A stretch of DNA of 64,000 nucleotides from the NCBI GenBank assembly GCA_963736115.1, contig CAVTNR010000008.1, forward strand, positions 160,001-224,000, in the 5' to 3' direction. Below the pieces are notes generated by a model. That model ran no database searches. It was not told the origin of the DNA and worked only from the letters and a program-made list of their open reading frames with translations. The position numbers and the translations under genes are program-made. This DNA comes from an uncultured bacterium. GTDB taxonomy: Bacteria; Zhuqueibacterota; QNDG01; DTFT01. How positions within the stretch are numbered: position 1 is the first letter of the stretch; every line of letters begins with the position of its first letter. This document shows positions 59,847 to 64,000 of this stretch, one piece after another.

Positions 59847-61004
59847 ATGAATTACAGGCCATTCGGTAATACGGACTGGAACGTCTCGGCTCTGGGATTC
59901 GGGGCCATGCGCCTGCCGGTCACGGACGGGAATCCGGGCGGACCGGCGGTGGATGAGGCGGAAAGCGTCCGCATGATCAGGGCGGCGATAGACGGCGGCG
60001 TGAACTACGTGGACACGGCATATCCCTATCACGGGGGTATGAGCGAAACCGTTGTCGGGAAGGCGCTGGCGGGCGGGTACCGGTCGAAAGTCCGTCTGAC
60101 GACCAAGAGTCCGGTGTGGCTGATTCAGAAACCCGTTGATTTCGACCGGTATCTGAACGAACAGCTGAACCGCCTGGGTACGGATCGGATCGATTATTAC
60201 CTGCTGCACGCGCTGGATGCCGGGCGGTGGAACGACGTCGTTCTCAGGCACGGGCTTCTGGAAAAAGGCGAAGCCGCTGTCGCGGACGGACGCATCGGAT
60301 CCCTGGGCTTCTCTTTTCACGACGGGTTCGATACATTCATGCGCATTCTGGACGGAACTGACAAGTGGGGGATATGCCAGATCCAGTACAATTACCTGGA
60401 CGTTGAAAACCAGGCGGGGAAACGCGGTCTGGAGGAAGCAACCGCGAGGGGCATTCCCGTGGTTGTCATGGAACCCCTGCTCGGCGGAAGGCTTGCCCGT
60501 CCGCCCCTGAAGATCAGGAAGATGATCGAAGTCCATCCTTCGGGCCGGACTCCGGCGGAATGGGCCCTGGCCTGGCTGTGGGACCAGAGCGGCGTGTCCA
60601 CGGTGCTGAGCGGCATGAGCGCCATGTCCGAGATCCGGGACAATCTTGCGTTCGCGGGCCGCGCTGAAACGGGGATGCTTGAAGCGGAGGACCGGGAAAG
60701 GATCGCGACGATCCGGCAGGCCTACCAGGAATCGGCGCACATCCCGTGCACGAATTGCGGATACTGCATGCCCTGTCCGCACGGCGTCCTGATTCCGGCC
60801 AATTTCGGATTATACAATGACATGTTCATGCACGAGAATCCCGGGGTGCCCCGTTTCAGCTACGCAAATTTCTTTCCGGACGCCGGCAAAGCTTCGGTCT
60901 GCGTGCAATGCGGTGAATGCCTGGACAAATGCCCTCAGAAAATCGACATCCCGGGATGGATGCCGAAAGTCCACGCAGAGCTCTCGGGGGAGGGGAAAGG
61001 ATGA
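59847..61004 (+). CDS. Aldo/keto reductase with C-terminal 4Fe-4S dicluster
   Basis: LGFGAMRLP, DTAYPYH, MEPLLGG, CTNCGYCMPCP, CVQCGECLDKCPQ. Confidence 0.93.
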   Translation: MNYRPFGNTDWNVSALGFGAMRLPVTDGNPGGPAVDEAESVRMIRAAIDGGVNYVDTAYPYHGGMSETVVGKALAGGYRSKVRLTTKSPVWLIQKPVDFDRYLNEQLNRLGTDRIDYYLLHALDAGRWNDVVLRHGLLEKGEAAVADGRIGSLGFSFHDGFDTFMRILDGTDKWGICQIQYNYLDVENQAGKRGLEEATARGIPVVVMEPLLGGRLARPPLKIRKMIEVHPSGRTPAEWALAWLWDQSGVSTVLSGMSAMSEIRDNLAFAGRAETGMLEAEDRERIATIRQAYQESAHIPCTNCGYCMPCPHGVLIPANFGLYNDMFMHENPGVPRFSYANFFPDAGKASVCVQCGECLDKCPQKIDIPGWMPKVHAELSGEGKG

Positions 61005-61175
61005 ACAAGGTTCCGGGTTGAAAACCATGGAGCGCTTCTAGATGGAAAACAGTTCTTTAACTCGGAACCCGGAACCCTGAACTCGGAACTCTTCTCGGGA
61101 CAAATCCAGTAAAAAGAAAAGGATGGATCGGCTTTTGATCGTGGAATTGCCCGCAAGGCTATGAACAAAAAGAAT

Positions 61176-61204
61176 TTGACTTTTGAAATTCGTCTGGCTA
61201 TATT
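61176..61204 (+). promoter_or_regulatory. Promoter of the tRNA operon
   Basis: TTGACT-N17-TATATT. Confidence 0.65.
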
Positions 61205-61238
61205 AAGTGCTCAATCCCGAAAAGGGAGAAACGGCCTT

Positions 61239-61312
61239 TGGGGAGTCGTCCAATGGTAGGACATGCGGCTCTGGACCGTAGTATCGGGGTTCGAATCCCT
61301 GCTCCCCAGCCA
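61239..61312 (+). tRNA. tRNA-Gln(CTG)
   Basis: Cloverleaf, anticodon loop CT-CTG-GA, GTTCGAATC, encoded CCA. Confidence 0.95.
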
Positions 61313-61318
61313 AGCGTT

Positions 61319-61392
61319 GCGCCCGTAGCTCAATTGGATAGAGCATCTGACTTCGGATCAGAGGGTTGTGGGTTCGAGTCCCTCCGGGCGTA
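61319..61392 (+). tRNA. tRNA-Arg(TCG)
   Basis: TCTGA-CTTCGGA-TCAGA anticodon arm; CCA not encoded. Confidence 0.95.
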
Positions 61393-61407
61393 CGGTTGAA
61401 AGAGAAA

Positions 61408-61507
61408 AGTTCATAGTTCATAGTTCATGGTTCATAGTTGAGAAGAAGGGGAAATAGTAAGCCTCGGCTCTTTTTTTCTATGAACTATGAACTATCAACC
61501 ATGAACT
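61408..61507. repeat. H1 inverted-repeat element in tRNA spacer
   Basis: Arms 61408-61440 and 61478-61507. Confidence 0.9.
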
Positions 61508-61518
61508 GCTTTAAAAAT

Positions 61519-61591
61519 GGCGCGTTCGTCCAGAGGCCCAGGACGCCGGCCTCTCACGTCGGCAACACGGGTTCGAATCCCGTACGCGCTA
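61519..61591 (+). tRNA. tRNA-Glu(CTC)
   Basis: CCGGC-CTCTCAC-GTCGG anticodon arm, GTTCGAATC. Confidence 0.93.
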
Positions 61592-61598
61592 CGACAAA

Positions 61599-61693
61599 AG
61601 TTCATGGTTCATAGTTCAAAGTTCATAGTAAGAGAGGGCAACATCGGACCCCTTCGTTTTCCGCTATGAACCATGAACTATGAACCATGAACT
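61599..61693. repeat. H1 inverted-repeat element in tRNA spacer
   Basis: Arms 61599-61629 and 61665-61693. Confidence 0.9.
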
Positions 61694-61705
61694 GGTTTTT
61701 CTCTT

Positions 61706-61779
<74 letters not shown>

Positions 61780-61794
61780 CGGTTGGAAGAAAAA

Positions 61795-61882
61795 GTTCAT
61801 AGTTCATGGTTTATAGTTCATAGTTAAAAAGAGTTTTTCAAATGTCTTTCCGACTATGAACCATGAACTATGAACTATGAAC
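61795..61882. repeat. H1 inverted-repeat element overlapping the tadA start region
   Basis: Arms 61795-61825 and 61853-61882. Confidence 0.9.
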
Positions 61883-62394
61883 CTGCAAAAGAGTCGGAGT
61901 CCGCGGATTCCGACTCGGTGTGGATGCGCTGGGCGCTCCGGGAGGCGGAAAAGGCCTTCGAGGAAGGCGAGGTTCCGGTCGGGGCCGTGATCGTGTCCGA
62001 AAACCGGATCATCGGACGGGCGCACAACCAGACGGAAACCCTGCAGGATCCGACGGCGCACGCCGAGATGATCGCCATTTCAGCCGCGGCCAATACGCTC
62101 GGATCCTGGCGGCTCGAGGGTTGCACGATGTACGTCACCCTGGAGCCGTGCGCGATGTGCGCGGGCGCGGTCGTTCTGTCGCGCATCCGGCGCGTGGTGT
62201 TCGGGGCTTTTGATCCGAAGGCCGGGGCATGCGGATCCCTGCGCAACCTGGTGCAGGACGCGAGACTGAACCACCGGGTCGAACTCACCTCCGGCGTTCT
62301 GGACGCGGAGGTTTCGAACCTGATGAAGGCGTTCTTTCACAATCTGCGCGATGTCAAACGAAGCCGCAGGCAGGCCGGCGGGGAAGAGAATTAG
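61870..62394 (+). CDS. tadA: tRNA adenosine(34) deaminase; exact start uncertain
   Basis: GEVPVGAV, DPTAHAEM, YVTLEPCAMCAGA, DPKAGA.GS, LNH. Confidence 0.95.
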   Translation: MNYEPAKESESADSDSVWMRWALREAEKAFEEGEVPVGAVIVSENRIIGRAHNQTETLQDPTAHAEMIAISAAANTLGSWRLEGCTMYVTLEPCAMCAGAVVLSRIRRVVFGAFDPKAGACGSLRNLVQDARLNHRVELTSGVLDAEVSNLMKAFFHNLRDVKRSRRQAGGEEN

Positions 62395-62438
62395 TCCTTC
62401 CCGCGCGGATGGAAACCCATCCGTCCGGTTCGTATTCC

Positions 62439-62526
62439 GGAGAGGTGCGAGAGTGGTTGAATCGGACGGTCTCGAAAACCGTTGTCCCTATAAACGGGAC
62501 CGTGGGTTCGAATCCCACCCTCTCCG
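62439..62526 (+). tRNA. tRNA-Ser(CGA)
   Basis: ACGGT-CTCGAAA-ACCGT arm, long variable arm. Confidence 0.95.
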
Positions 62527-62534
62527 CTTGATCA

Positions 62535-62626
62535 AGTTCATAGTTCTGAATTCATAGTTCATAGTTTTTAAGATGTCATCCCCGCGAAACTTGTCCCGGA
62601 CCTGATCCGGGAGCGGGGATCCAGGG
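62535..62626. repeat. H1 single arm followed by family R palindrome
   Basis: AGTTCAT repeats 62535-62565; GTCATCCCCGC..GCGGGGATCCAG 62576-62626. Confidence 0.8.
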
Positions 62627-62670
62627 GAGCGGGCGGGGAGGAAGAAGTCAGGCGGATTTGACAGTAACCC

Positions 62671-62758
<88 letters not shown>

Positions 62759-62764
62759 AATACA

Positions 62765-62858
62765 GTTCATGGTTCATCGTTCATAGTTTATAGTTAAAAG
62801 AAGAGTCCTTTCAGCTTTGGGGATGTCATCCCCGCACTCTTCCAGAGGGGATCCGGGG
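62765..62858. repeat. H1 single arm followed by family R palindrome
   Basis: Arm 62765-62795; GTCATCCCC..GGGGATCCGG 62825-62858. Confidence 0.75.
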
Positions 62859-62889
62859 CGGGGCGGAAAAAACACTCGACGTTTAAAAT

Positions 62890-62962
62890 GGGGCAGTAGC
62901 TCAGCTGGGAGAGCGGTACGTTCGCAACGTACAGGCCGGCGGTTCGATCCCGCTCTGCTCCA
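62890..62962 (+). tRNA. tRNA-Ala(CGC)
   Basis: GGGGCAG acceptor with G3-U70, GTACG-TTCGCAA-CGTAC arm. Confidence 0.95.
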
Positions 62963-62970
62963 CATCATGA

Positions 62971-63243
62971 GGCCGTGCTAGACGGGGAGCCTAGCGGTGC
63001 CCTGTAACCCGCAATCCGCTCCAGCAGGGTCGAATTCCCTTCCAGAGACTGCGCAAGAACCACTCCCTGATGGCGCGCCGGCGTTGATGGTCCGAGCTCC
63101 TGCGCAATGGGAGGCCGCCGAACCCCGTCAGGACCGGAAGGTAGCAGCGGTAAGCGGTTTGAACATGTGCCGCGGAACCGCTTGGCCGGAGCCGGCCGCC
63201 ACTGGGGATTGGCGCTTCAGGAATCGAAGGCGGGCGCACAGCC
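62971..63243 (+). ncRNA. ffs: Large bacterial SRP RNA (with Alu domain)
   Basis: 5' GCCGTGCTAGACGGGGAG..GCGGTGCCCTGTAACCCGCAATCCGC, helix 8 TCAGGACCGGAAGGTAGCAGC, 3' GCACAGCC pairing with the 5' end; upstream of dnaX. Confidence 0.93.
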
Positions 63244-63272
63244 TCTTTCATCTCACCCGAAAGCGTGATCCC

Positions 63273-64000
<728 letters not shown>

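Overview
GC-rich chromosomal window from what looks like an anaerobic diderm bacterium. An FCB-group-like lineage is inferred from the outer-membrane barrels, TonB receptor, [FeFe] hydrogenase and large SRP RNA, but it is not established. Core content: sucC-like gene, tmRNA, ABC transporters, GH3 glucosidase, lysZ/lysJ, a treS-glgX-treY-treZ cluster, a Rex-led hydCBA bifurcating hydrogenase operon with a hydrogenase-domain histidine kinase and response regulators, a xylose-type isomerase/kinase operon, 7 tRNAs with tadA, SRP RNA and the start of dnaX. Several genes carry single-base frameshifts, probably sequencing errors. Most notable: (1) an ECF sigma / anti-sigma operon whose TPR-CHAT caspase-like protease is split into two separately exported proteins in permuted gene order; (2) the 11.3 kb trehalose/glycogen cluster is bounded by two synonymously diverged copies of the last 30 codons of a TonB receptor gene, as in a gene-restoring integration but with no integrase; (3) an AT-rich islet encoding a lipoprotein with a 6-Cys bacteriocin-like tail plus a small membrane protein; (4) an Ntn hydrolase coupled to lysZ-lysJ that may replace LysK; (5) dense dispersed heptamer inverted repeats and REP-like palindromes; (6) twin tRNA-Arg(UCG/ACG) genes next to tadA. 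All product calls come from motif recognition by eye; no database searches were run.
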